Assembly (NCBI RefSeq): GCF_000010625.1
Contig: NC_010296.1
Location: forward strand, 2,400,001 to 2,432,000
Direction: 5' to 3'
Length of the DNA stretch: 32,000 bases
Source of the DNA: Microcystis aeruginosa NIES-843
GTDB lineage: Bacteria > Cyanobacteriota > Cyanobacteriia > Cyanobacteriales > Microcystaceae
A program made the position numbers and the translations under genes. This document shows, one piece after another, positions 1-7,658 of the stretch. How positions within the stretch are numbered: the stretch's first letter is position 1; every line of letters begins with the position of its first letter. The notes below the pieces were generated by a model, which saw nothing but the letters and a program-made list of their open reading frames with translations, did not search any database and was not told where the DNA came from.

Positions 1-794
1 TTCTTTAATTGTTCATGGAAAGTTTCTGAATTTCCTTTTTTGATCATAAAACAGACTCGTTTTTTGTCATTATATCTTAAGGCTCCCATCACATTCACCC
101 TTCCTCTTTTTCTTTGTCCATTCACTTTTTTTCGCTTTCCTTTTTTTGTCCAAGCTCTCCTTCTTATTACTCTCAAACTAAATCCACACTCATGAGGGGC
201 TGTGTGGCGAACCTGCGTCGCCACCTTGAAAGCCCCGTCCCAAAACCATACCTGGATTGACTCTGGCTTTTCTTTAGCCAACCTTAAATATTCATCTAAT
301 TTTTCTTTAAATGCTTTTCTTAATTTCTTGTCTTGCTTATCTTCTAGACTATATTTCGCCCAGATATACACATACTTTTTTCTTCTCAATATTCTTCTCA
401 CTTGCGAGCCACTCAGTTTAATTCTTGTTTCCTTTTCTAGATGCTCTGCTAATCTTGCCGCTGTCCATCTCCCGAATTCATATCCAAATTCCTTCGGGTC
501 TTCATCAACTATTTTTAATAGTAAATTAATATATTCCTCTGTGGCTTTTTTATGATTTCCATTTTTTCTCCCATCTTCTAGACTTTCTAAATTGTTAGGA
601 TCACCGTGAACACACCAAGGGGCGACCGTTTTGAGTGAACAGCCAATAAAGTCAGCTATTTCTCGTTGAGTTTTTCCGTCGTTTAGCAAGAGAAACATTA
701 AAATTCTTTCCCTAACCTCTGCTCTTTCTTCTTCTTTAAGAGCTTTTTGTAAGTTTTTCTTTTCTTCTAAGTCTAGGAAATCTTTTGCTGGCAT
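1..794 (-). CDS. IS630-family (Tc1/mariner-like DDE) transposase, N-terminal about 264 codons; continues past the left window edge
   Basis: Minus-strand ORF from the ATG at 794-792, open to position 1. It is missing from the ORF track because it has no stop in the window. Manual translation: MPAKDFLDLEEKKNLQKALKEEERAEVRERILMFLLLNDGKTQREIADFIGCSLKTVAPWCVHGDPNNLESLEDGRKNGNHKKATEEYINLL..GYEFGRWTAARLAEHLEKETRIKLSGSQVRRILRRKKYVYIWAKYS..VWFWD[15 aa]ECGFSLRVIRRRAWTKKGKRKKVNGQRKRGRVNVMGALRYND. The HTH region plus the WFWDE-GF and GxRxNVMGA patterns are typical of cyanobacterial IS630 transposases. Confidence 0.85.
   Translation of the reverse strand, partial: MPAKDFLDLEEKKNLQKALKEEERAEVRERILMFLLLNDGKTQREIADFIGCSLKTVAPWCVHGDPNNLESLEDGRKNGNHKKATEEYINLLLKIVDEDPKEFGYEFGRWTAARLAEHLEKETRIKLSGSQVRRILRRKKYVYIWAKYSLEDKQDKKLRKAFKEKLDEYLRLAKEKPESIQVWFWDGAFKVATQVRHTAPHECGFSLRVIRRRAWTKKGKRKKVNGQRKRGRVNVMGALRYNDKKRVCFMIKKGNSETFHEQLK
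193..237. repeat. 45-nt in-frame insertion with a nested hairpin inside the IS630 transposase ORF
   Basis: GGGGCT..GTGGCGA-acctgcg-TCGCCAC..AGCCCC. The inner 7-bp and outer 6-bp arms are exact reverse complements. It adds GAFKVATQVRHTAPH between the D and E of the expected WFWD-E(S/C)GF motif. Confidence 0.6.
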
Positions 795-851
795 AAGTAG
801 GATTTTTCTAAAATTACTATTTCTATTTTAGGTGGTTTAAGTGCGTTTTAG

Positions 852-1262
852 CTTATCTGGAATTTATTTGGTCAGATAGGAGAGAAACAGGAAAGAATTG
901 AAATATTGGATTGGTATCATTTAATCGAAAACCTCTATAAAGTTGGCGGGTCATTCCAGCGGATTGATGAGGTAAAATGTTTTCTATGGAAGGGGGAAGT
1001 GGATGCTGCTATCTCCTGTTTTGAGGGATGGTCAGAGCCGCAAGTGGAGAATTTTATTATTTATTTGAACAAGCATAAACATCGAATTGTCAATTATGGT
1101 TATTTGCAGGCAGAGGGCATTTCGATTGGCTCTGGCTCTGTTGAATCAAAAATTAAACAAATTGCTCATCGTCTTAAAATTACTGGTGCAAGTTGGGAAT
1201 CTGGTAATGTACCGCAAGTCCTTCGTCATCGCTGTGCTTATCTAAATGGTTGCCTTTTTTAA
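852..1262 (+). pseudogene. ISKra4-family transposase, C-terminal fragment; 5' part displaced by the IS630 insertion
   Basis: The frame is open from 852: LIWNLFGQIGEKQERIEILDWYHLIENLYK...NFIIYLNKHKHRIVNYGYLQAEGISIGSGSVESKIKQIAHRLKITGASWESGNVPQVLRHRCAYLNG. The pattern LDWYHL..NL, RI.NY, IGSG.VES, GA.W matches my recollection of ISKra4-type transposase C-termini. There is no N-terminal part on this side of the IS630 element. Confidence 0.65.
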
Positions 1263-1316
1263 CTTTTTTATTGATCTCATTAAGCATTTCTACTTATTGC
1301 AAAGGTGAGATGCTCC

Positions 1317-2186
1317 CTAGTTAGAGCTTGTTTCCCGCCAGGAATAACCCGGTATTTCTGAATCGGTTAACTCTTTTTCTGAGATGCTATCGACTAACTC
1401 TTGAGCCTCTTTAATGCTTAATGGTACTCGAGACAACCAACGCATTTCTTTCATTAGTTTTAAATTCTCTTTGCTATAGAGGGCGCTATCGCCGACTATT
1501 AAACTGTCAAAGTCAACTTGTTTTTTAAATTCTCGGGCGATTTGACCAAAAACCGCTTTGTCCGCTTCATTTCCGTCCCCTACTTTCAGGAATAAAGGTA
1601 CATCTCCATCCCCACTTACGATTAAGTCAATCATAAATTGTTTTAAGTCAGGTCTTCGGTCGCGGGAGTATCCGTAGGTAATTTTTATTGGCTGTTGTCT
1701 GGTTTCAATTTCTTCTCCCACTGCTCCTGATTTCAGGATTTCTACTGTTGGGTATTCCTTTTTATATTCTCCTTCTACTGATAGAGAAGTCGAATCTAAA
1801 TGGGAGTTCTCGGTTGCTACACCAAATTTTTTCACGGCGGCTAAACTGATGAGTAGGAAAATGACCGAAACATTAAGTTGATAAAGTTTGTCCATTACTC
1901 GACCAATTTTATCATCATTCAAGTGCTTGGGTTCGATGCCCTCTCCCAGCAGATGTTCGGTTGCTTTATCTTCAAAAAATTGAGGAAATAAATACAAGGC
2001 TCGGGAGACAAATCCCAATCCATTCAGGATAATTGCTTTCACTACTTGCCCCGCTGTGACAATTTCTCCTCGCTCAATTGAGACTTGTTCGTTGATAATT
2101 TCAACGATTCCTATTTCATCGATAATTCCGGCTACTAATCCCAGATGGTCTAGATTTTTGACTTCAATTTCTGTTGATTGATTCAT
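1317..2186 (-). pseudogene. Truncated IS1634-type transposase (first about 289 of 552 codons)
   Basis: The 294-aa track ORF 1317..2201 is identical in sequence to the N-terminus of the 557-aa ORF 29325..30998. Its stop is supplied by the junction with the inserted element. Confidence 0.9.
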
Positions 2187-2354
2187 GGTCGAACAGCCCA
2201 CTGCCTAAGTTTTCCAACAATTCCTATTTTTTCATAATTAGGGGTCTCAAGCTCCCCCTAACGGCCACCGAGAAAACCTTCACCAGCTAGGTATTTTTAC
2301 TCAAGTCTCTGGAGGGGGACAGCTTATGTGACAGTTGAGGGTGCGGAATGTGGG
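1318..2354 (-). mobile_element. IS1634-type (IS4 superfamily) element, copy A: left inverted repeat plus the first 1037 bp, cut at 1317/1318 by the ISKra4-type element
   Basis: It is the reverse complement of 29172 to about 30208 of the intact copy, with apparently very few differences by eye over the stretches checked. The terminal repeat AGGGTGCGGAATGTGGG lies at 2338-2354. Identity with copy B stops exactly at 1318. Confidence 0.9.
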
Positions 2355-2359
2355 TTGCA

Positions 2360-2635
2360 TCATGGCTTTGTTCTCAGGCTCCTTGCGCCAAAGTGATCAA
2401 CGGCTGAATGCCCAATGCGAACAAACCATGTCTGAGTATCAGGCACTCGTGCAGAAAGTTGCTTCGCTGCGCTTACCAAATCATCCGCTACTTCAAAAGC
2501 CCCTGTCTCAATATCGATCGCCACAATTCTCCCCTGATTTCCCTCCTCGACTTGGGGACGCACCTGAGATTGATAAATCTCATTACCACGTCGAGCAAAT
2601 TCTTCTTTACTGTAGCGGGGTTGTCGAACTGTCAT
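2360..2635 (-). CDS. Small conserved protein (91 aa), the usual upstream partner of a cyanobacterial retropepsin-like protease gene
   Basis: ORF MTVRQPRYSKEEFARRGNEIYQSQVRPQVEEGNQGRIVAIDIETGAFEVADDLVSAAKQLSARVPDTQTWFVRIGHSAVDHFG... Its stop TGA (2362-2360) sits in CCATGATGCAA directly against the IS end. The ATGA overlap with the protease start can be rebuilt from 31245 (see findings). Confidence 0.7.
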   Translation of the reverse strand: MTVRQPRYSKEEFARRGNEIYQSQVRPQVEEGNQGRIVAIDIETGAFEVADDLVSAAKQLSARVPDTQTWFVRIGHSAVDHFGARSLRTKP

Positions 2636-2715
2636 TGAAGCGACCCTGTGGCAACTTTTGCCCCTCTATTTTAACCAAACATTGGGAATCTTCCCTAACA
2701 TTCCTCAACCGGGCC

Positions 2716-2832
2716 CACCAGAGCGGCATCGCACTTAAATTCACAGCTTTAATACATGGGCATGGTGCGTTCCCAAAAATCGCTCGGTGGAGCAGTAAGA
2801 CCCTTATTAGGGAACGCACCCTACAAGAGCGG
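2716..2832. repeat. About 120-bp hairpin repeat (MITE/REP-like), copy 1
   Basis: CGGCATCGCACTTAAATTCACAG...CATGGGCATGGTGCGTTCCC..(35 nt)..GGGAACGCACCCTACAAGAGCGG. The arms GGTGCGTTCCC (2764-2774) and GGGAACGCACC (2810-2820) are exact reverse complements. A second copy lies at 3524-3659. Confidence 0.8.
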
Positions 2833-2833
2833 C

Positions 2834-2950
2834 TCAAGTGTCAAAGTAGTCATGCCATGTATCGAGTAATGTTGTTTGATGTTCTATCACCAGCCTATCA
2901 ATTTGATTCAACTCATGTTCTTTAAAGCCTATGTTAAAATCATAGTGGTT
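2834..2950 (-). pseudogene. Possible C-terminal remnant of a DUF4160-like gene
   Basis: Only the last roughly 38 aa (..YDFNIGFKEHELNQIDRLVIEHQTTLLDTWHDYFDT) resemble the DUF4160 C-terminal pattern (GF...EL..I..LV.E....L...W..YF). The upstream part of track ORF 2834..3070 is antisense to brnT and not credible. Confidence 0.3.
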
Positions 2951-2969
2951 AGGCTTATCAACTCCGCCT

Positions 2970-3254
2970 ATGGATGAAAGCTTTGAATGGGATGAAGATA
3001 AAAATCGTTTAAACCAACAGAAACACGATGTTTCCTTTGAATTAGCCCAATACGCATTTTTTGACCCCAAAAGAGTTATCGTACAAGATCTGGCTCACAG
3101 TCAAGAAGAAAATCGATTTTACTGTATGGGGCAAGTCAATGAAGGAATTATCACAGTACGCTTTACTTACCGGGAAGGAAAAGTTAGAATTTTTGGAGCT
3201 GGTTATTGGCGAAAAGGACGTAAACTATATGAACAGCAAAATAACTTATACTGA
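2970..3254 (+). CDS. brnT: BrnT-family (DUF497) type II toxin
   Basis: FEWDEDKNRLNQQKHDVSFELAQYAFFDPKRVIVQDLAHSQEENRFYCMG...ITVRFTYREGKVRIFGAGYWRKGRKLYE matches the DUF497/BrnT pattern (FEWD..K...N..KH.VSFEEA..VF.DP......D..HS..E.R). Confidence 0.85.
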   Translation: MDESFEWDEDKNRLNQQKHDVSFELAQYAFFDPKRVIVQDLAHSQEENRFYCMGQVNEGIITVRFTYREGKVRIFGAGYWRKGRKLYEQQNNLY

Positions 3255-3414
3255 TGAACCAATGGAACTGGGACAAGTCGTTAAAGATTTTTTACCGCCT
3301 CCAGACCAGTTAGTTCCTAAAGGTAAAACCAAAACTACTCAAGTAACATTAGAATTAACAGAAGAAAGTGTAACCTTCTTTAAATCTCAAGCAGCTCGAA
3401 AGCAAATTCCTTAG
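3229..3414 (+). CDS. brnA: BrnA-like antitoxin, ended early by an in-frame TAG; the same frame stays open to 3474
   Basis: The ATG at 3229 overlaps the brnT 3' end. MNSKITYTDEPMELGQVVKDFLPPPDQLVPKGKTKTTQVTLELTEESVTFFKSQAARKQIP*EKIIELLVEQYAHECISDG*. The pattern Y.DEP...V.DFLP.P..L.......KVT..L...S..FFK matches BrnA. The TAG sits where I recall BrnA homologs having a Tyr. Confidence 0.7.
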   Translation: MNSKITYTDEPMELGQVVKDFLPPPDQLVPKGKTKTTQVTLELTEESVTFFKSQAARKQIP

Positions 3415-3523
3415 GAAAAAATAATCGAATTACTGGTGGAACAATATGCTCATGAATGTATATCTGATGGTTAAACGCTTCATAAGAGCATTGTCTAACC
3501 GACATTATAGCTGACTTGAAAAA

Positions 3524-3659
3524 GGTGCGTTACACGCGCGTTTTCGCACCCTACAAGATCGGCATCGCACTTAAACTCACAGTTTCAATCCATGGGCATG
3601 GTGCGTTCCCCAAAATCGATCGGTGGAGCGGTAGAAGTTGCATTAGGGAACGCACCCTA
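3524..3659. repeat. About 120-bp hairpin repeat (MITE/REP-like), copy 2
   Basis: Same family and orientation as 2716-2832. Arms GGTGCGTTCCC (3600-3610) and GGGAACGCACC (3646-3656), plus a leading short hairpin GGTGCG..CGCACC at 3524-3550. Confidence 0.8.
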
Positions 3660-3696
3660 GGGCGACGGCGATACCACTACGAGAGCAGCAATTATT

Positions 3697-3816
3697 GTAG
3701 GTTGGGTTGACGCAAGGAAGCCCAACAAAGAGTAACCTTTGGGGTGGTTGGGTTTCGCTTTTTCAAGTGAGTTGAGCTATTTTCGACCCAGTATTGTTTC
3801 GCTCAACCCAACCTAC
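3697..3816. repeat. 120-bp MITE-like element with perfect 14-bp terminal inverted repeats
   Basis: GTAGGTTGGGTTGA (3697-3710) and TCAACCCAACCTAC (3803-3816) are exact reverse complements. The interior carries GTTGGGTTTCGC, a motif I recognise as a common cyanobacterial dispersed repeat. Confidence 0.7.
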
Positions 3817-3865
3817 GAGACTACGAGACTCAACCCACTAACGACAAAGGCAACGTGGCCTAAAA

Positions 3866-4369
3866 TTATCTGCGTTTAATGAGAAAATCGAAAAATCCGA
3901 AACCTGAACGAAACTTCATGTACTGGTAAGCAGCTTGCCCTCCTTGTTTATCTAAAATTGCGTCATAAGCTTCAGCAGCCTTTTCATACATTTTTTGTGT
4001 ATCTCCCCTTTGAGCAGCTTGGCAGGCAACCGCATCATGCACTCTCCCTGCTGGGAATAAATTGTTTACTTGGTTATAGAAGCGGTAATCTCCACAAGGT
4101 GGCATCCAAGAGTTACCTTGCTGGAAATTTAATTCGGTGCATCTTGCATTCATGGCTGGATAATTTTCTGGACAGATATACCCATCGAACTGCATCGTTG
4201 GCAAATTGATTGGAGGCTTTTGCCCTTCTGGTTTTTGTGGAATGGTTGAGCGATCGCATAGAAGCGCACTCGCGTTAAGTCCGCATGGCGGTAGTGCATT
4301 AGCGGGAACAATTCCTGCCCATGCGGGAATAAAGGTCATTGCGATCAAAAAAAGTTTTACGTTTTTCAT
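3866..4369 (-). CDS. Hypothetical secreted protein (167 aa, Cys-containing)
   Basis: N-terminal signal-peptide-like MKNVKLFLIAMTFIPAWAGIVPANA followed by 8 Cys. No family recognised. Confidence 0.6.
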   Translation of the reverse strand: MKNVKLFLIAMTFIPAWAGIVPANALPPCGLNASALLCDRSTIPQKPEGQKPPINLPTMQFDGYICPENYPAMNARCTELNFQQGNSWMPPCGDYRFYNQVNNLFPAGRVHDAVACQAAQRGDTQKMYEKAAEAYDAILDKQGGQAAYQYMKFRSGFGFFDFLIKRR

Positions 4370-4385
4370 GGTTTTTCAGGTTAAA

Positions 4386-4832
4386 CTATCTGTACTCAGG
4401 AGGTGTCCATCCAAATAGTTGAATCATACTTGCGGCTTGTGAGTCCAAATACTTCTTACGTCCAGCCTCTCCATCAAAATAGTTGTTGGAATATAAAACG
4501 TCAGCAAACCTTTTGGTGAGAATCCATACAGTATTATAGTCACCCTTTGCAAGAGCCTTACATAGGGCTGAGACAATTTCTCCCAAACCCAAAGCTCGCC
4601 AATTAGGGAGTTCATTGGTTACATTATTGAAACATTCTTGAAACTCTTGTTGTGCGGAACGAACAGGCTGCTGCTGCGGCTGTCGCAGTTGTTCCATCAT
4701 TCGGTCATGCCAGAACCATTCTTCATCTTCGCGGGTGAACACGTCGTCTGCCTGAGCAACGACTGGATGCAAAACGAAGAATAGTAAAATCCCAGTAGAT
4801 AGAAAGGAGTAAGGCCCCCTGCGAATCTTCAT
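4386..4832 (-). CDS. Hypothetical secreted protein (148 aa)
   Basis: Signal-peptide-like MKIRRGPYSFLSTGILLFFVLHPVVAQA. It lies 16 nt upstream of the 167-aa gene on the same strand, so the two are probably an operon. No family recognised. Confidence 0.6.
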   Translation of the reverse strand: MKIRRGPYSFLSTGILLFFVLHPVVAQADDVFTREDEEWFWHDRMMEQLRQPQQQPVRSAQQEFQECFNNVTNELPNWRALGLGEIVSALCKALAKGDYNTVWILTKRFADVLYSNNYFDGEAGRKKYLDSQAASMIQLFGWTPPEYR

Positions 4833-4868
4833 GGTAAAAACGGGTGTTGTTTATTTATTTCACGACAA

Positions 4869-4897
4869 TTTCCGTATAACTATTGATTATACGGAAA
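4869..4897. promoter_or_regulatory. Perfect 10-bp inverted repeat with a 9-nt spacer upstream of the secreted-protein operon
   Basis: TTTCCGTATA-actattgat-TATACGGAAA, 37-65 nt upstream of the start at 4832. It could be an operator or a 5'-UTR hairpin. Confidence 0.35.
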
Positions 4898-5303
4898 CTT
4901 TCTGCACAACACTCTCCAGAGTAACGATATGGGTCAACTTTCTGTATATCACTCCATTTAGGCGTGATCGCAAGAAACTTTCCCTATATTACGCCCAAAA
5001 GCGTGTTAGCCAGATTAGCTTACTGCAAACAACCTCCTTTAAGGAGACTGATCACAGAATCTTTCTAGAATTCTAGCAAAGATTCTTATATCTGACTGCA
5101 CTTTGTCACAAAATTTCACTATTATTTTGACACTCTTAATGGTTAGAAGGGACACGTTGAACGCCAAGTCTGGTCAATTTTTGTCCAACGCATTTCAGGA
5201 AATGACCTAAATAAGTAGCTAGACATAATTAATTACACATATTTAACCACCTGTTGCCTATTCTAACCAAGAAATTAATTTTGCACCACTACTTATTACT
5301 TAA

Positions 5304-6728
5304 TTACTGTTTATTCTGTAATTTTATCACTAATTCTTGGAAAGGTTGCCAATCGTCTTTAGAGGTAATGGCTTCCCAGACCGATTCGATTAGCGGTCTA
5401 AGTAAAGCGGTTTTAGGATTATAATGCGTTAAGGTGTCCCCAATTTGAGCTAAGGAATCTAGGGGTAATTGATTTAAGACCAAACTATATAATTCTCGCC
5501 AACGTTGCCAATCAGCTTTGGGTAAATCCATATTTTCAAGAATTAGAGAACTATTTTCTCGCCAACCGTAATTAAATTGTTCACTTAATTGATAGAAAAA
5601 TTCGTGATAACCGAGGCCAGTTTCTTGGAGAACTTCCACGGTTTTGCTGACCAGTAAAGCGGATTCGGGAGTAAAAATATCCTCAAAACCTAACTTTTTG
5701 AGCATCATTTTTTGATAATAAAAATTGTAATGCTGGTCATAGTTAGCCAAAGCCAGATCTAACTCTAACAAGGAGACGACCATGGCCAGGGGAGATTGCA
5801 GTAACTCTAGATTTAAGCGACAGATAAAAGGCTGATTGCCATAACTATAACGACCACCGTAGTCGAAATAGGCCGCCGTAAATTGGGGGTTATAGGAAGG
5901 AATAAAAGCGTAGGGACCATAATCGAAACTTTCCCCGGTAATTGACATATTATCGGTATTGAGAACCCCATGACAAAAACCGGCGGCCATCCATTGGGCT
6001 GCTAATTTAGCGGTTCTTTCAATCAAAGCGGCGTAAAATTTTAAATAGCGATCGCTATCTTGGGGATCGATTTCAGGATAATAATAAATAATCACATGAT
6101 CGAGGAGTCTTTTAATTAAATCGCTACGTTTAATATGAAATAAACGCTCAAAAGTCCCAAAACGAATATGAGAATTACTAACTCGAATCATCACCGAAGA
6201 TCGCGTCGGGGAAGGTTCATCGCCGCGCCAGAGAGCTTCCCCCGTTTCCACCAAACTCAAACAGCGAGAGGTATTCACCCCTAAACCCCGTAAAGCTTCC
6301 CCGGCTAAGACTTCTCTAACTCCACCCTTGAGAGTTAACCTACCGTCCGCATGACGGGAATAGGGGGTCCGTCCCGATCCTTTCGTACCAAAATCGTATA
6401 ATTTGCCATCAATACCCCTAACTTGACCGTAGAGAAAACCGCGACCATCTCCCAAGAAAGGATTATACTCGCCAAATTGATAACCGTGGTAACGCAGGGA
6501 CAAAAAGGGGTTCAGGGATTGAAATTTACCAAAAGCCTCGATAAAATGCTCATCTAAGGTTAATTCTGGCTGAATTCCCACCAAAGGTAATAAAGCATCA
6601 TTGCGAAAACGAAGGATATGACTGGGAAAATCCGCAGCCGCAACTTGATCGTAGTATTGGTCCCCCAAGTCCTGCATGGCGCTTTCGTAAGGGAGACTGA
6701 GAAAGGGATTGGTGAGATGGTCTGTCAT
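5304..6728 (-). CDS. selO: Protein adenylyltransferase SelO (YdiU/UPF0061 family)
   Basis: [59 protein letters not shown] and [23 protein letters not shown] are hallmark SelO motifs. The ATG at 6728 (MTDHLTNPF..) is preferred over the TTG at 6779. Confidence 0.9.
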   Translation of the reverse strand: MTDHLTNPFLSLPYESAMQDLGDQYYDQVAAADFPSHILRFRNDALLPLVGIQPELTLDEHFIEAFGKFQSLNPFLSLRYHGYQFGEYNPFLGDGRGFLYGQVRGIDGKLYDFGTKGSGRTPYSRHADGRLTLKGGVREVLAGEALRGLGVNTSRCLSLVETGEALWRGDEPSPTRSSVMIRVSNSHIRFGTFERLFHIKRSDLIKRLLDHVIIYYYPEIDPQDSDRYLKFYAALIERTAKLAAQWMAAGFCHGVLNTDNMSITGESFDYGPYAFIPSYNPQFTAAYFDYGGRYSYGNQPFICRLNLELLQSPLAMVVSLLELDLALANYDQHYNFYYQKMMLKKLGFEDIFTPESALLVSKTVEVLQETGLGYHEFFYQLSEQFNYGWRENSSLILENMDLPKADWQRWRELYSLVLNQLPLDSLAQIGDTLTHYNPKTALLRPLIESVWEAITSKDDWQPFQELVIKLQNKQ

Positions 6729-6810
6729 AGTGGTGGTGTCGATCGAGCGTTGAGGCGATAAAGTGATAAAGATAGCCAAAAAATTTTTCTACTGAGACTA
6801 TCAAACAGCG

Positions 6811-7068
6811 ATGCCCGATTCTATTATGTATCAAGGGGACTATTTTCTTGTCCTTGAGGCCGATCAACCTGAACAATTCCAGACTCCCGACCAGTTGCGG
6901 GATAAGTTAAAAGATTTAATCACCGCAAAACCAGAGATTTGTCCCCGACAATTGGCGAAATTCTCTAGTTTTGAGGAAAAATCTCTCTATCTGCGCGATA
7001 ATTACTGCGAGTTAGACCTGGGTGAGGAGGGTTATCTACAATGGTATGTGGTCCGTTTGGAAAAATAA
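6811..7068 (+). CDS. Small conserved cyanobacterial protein (85 aa); possibly DUF3571/CRR7-like (tentative)
   Basis: MPDSIMYQGDYFLVLEADQPEQFQTPDQLRDKLKDL...GEEGYLQWYVVRLEK. I recall this pattern (MYQ.D.FVVLE..QPEQ....LQWY.VRLEK) as widespread in cyanobacteria. The family name is from memory only. Confidence 0.6.
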   Translation: MPDSIMYQGDYFLVLEADQPEQFQTPDQLRDKLKDLITAKPEICPRQLAKFSSFEEKSLYLRDNYCELDLGEEGYLQWYVVRLEK

Positions 7069-7112
7069 GGAAACCCGTTATTCAGTAGTTAGGTGTTAAA
7101 AACTGTCAGACA

Positions 7113-7131
7113 CCCCCCTTATCAAGGGGGG
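7113..7131. repeat. GC hairpin CCCCCCTT-atc-AAGGGGGG followed by a second GGGGGG run
   Basis: An exact 8-bp stem 45 nt after the 85-aa gene, with no adjacent T-run. It resembles a common cyanobacterial intergenic repeat (GGGGGGATTAAGGGGGGAT) more than a canonical terminator. Confidence 0.4.
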
Positions 7132-7241
7132 ATTAAGGGGGGATCCATCTTCAATTTAATTATAACCAGTTACTTAGTTATTAAGGCAGAGGCAATCAGA
7201 GCAATTATCTTTTTAACTTTTTACTTTCTAACTTGATCATT

Positions 7242-7652
7242 ATGGGAGAAATAGAAGATTTACTGGCACAAATGAAGGCAGAATACCAGAAACGGGATCA
7301 GGAAAAACCGATGCCGTCCCCTTCTTCTCGCCAAGAAAAAGATCGTTACCCAGACGAATTTAAGGTTAATTATACCAGCGATTCTGCTACCGATGCGCTT
7401 TTAAAAGCTTTAGCCTTAGAAAACCAAGAAAGGCAACAACAGGAGGCAGCGGAAAAAGAAAAAGCAGCGGCATTAAAACAGCAGCGTAAGCGAGAAGCTT
7501 TAACTAGAAAGGCGAAGCAATGGTTAGATAAATTGGATGCTAAATCGGAGGAAGGACGCTGGTTTGAGGAGTTTTCATATAGCTACGATTCTCCTTTAGA
7601 AGCGGCGATCACCTATCTAGAAGCTTTGGGAGAAGTGGACATTTCTAAATGA
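7242..7652 (+). CDS. Hypothetical charged/coiled-coil protein (136 aa)
   Basis: ORF with an ATG at 7242 (MGEIEDLLAQMKAEYQKRDQEKP...). It has a Lys/Glu/Gln-rich centre and the conserved-looking C-terminus GRWFEEFSYSYDSPLEAAITYLEAL. Confidence 0.6.
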   Translation: MGEIEDLLAQMKAEYQKRDQEKPMPSPSSRQEKDRYPDEFKVNYTSDSATDALLKALALENQERQQQEAAEKEKAAALKQQRKREALTRKAKQWLDKLDAKSEEGRWFEEFSYSYDSPLEAAITYLEALGEVDISK

Positions 7653-7658
7653 TCAGGT

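Noticed and set aside
202-555. 117-aa plus-strand ORF
   Set aside because: It is antisense to the clearly recognisable IS630 transposase frame. The sequence is low-complexity and Ser/Leu/Phe-rich with no recognisable motifs.
2335-2925. 196-aa plus-strand ORF, and ORFs 2408..2638 and 2607..2837
   Set aside because: The 196-aa ORF starts inside the IS terminal repeat (MRVRNVG is read from AGGGTGCGGAATGTGGG), runs antisense through the conserved 91-aa gene and then through a hairpin repeat. The same IR-derived MRVRNVG prefix appears on the unrelated FGE fragment, which shows it is an artefact.
3061-3228. N-terminal extension of the antitoxin ORF (track ORF 3061..3414)
   Set aside because: The extension overlaps brnT in another frame and starts at a non-ATG codon. 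The BrnA-like similarity begins at the ATG at 3229, which gives the usual short toxin-antitoxin overlap.
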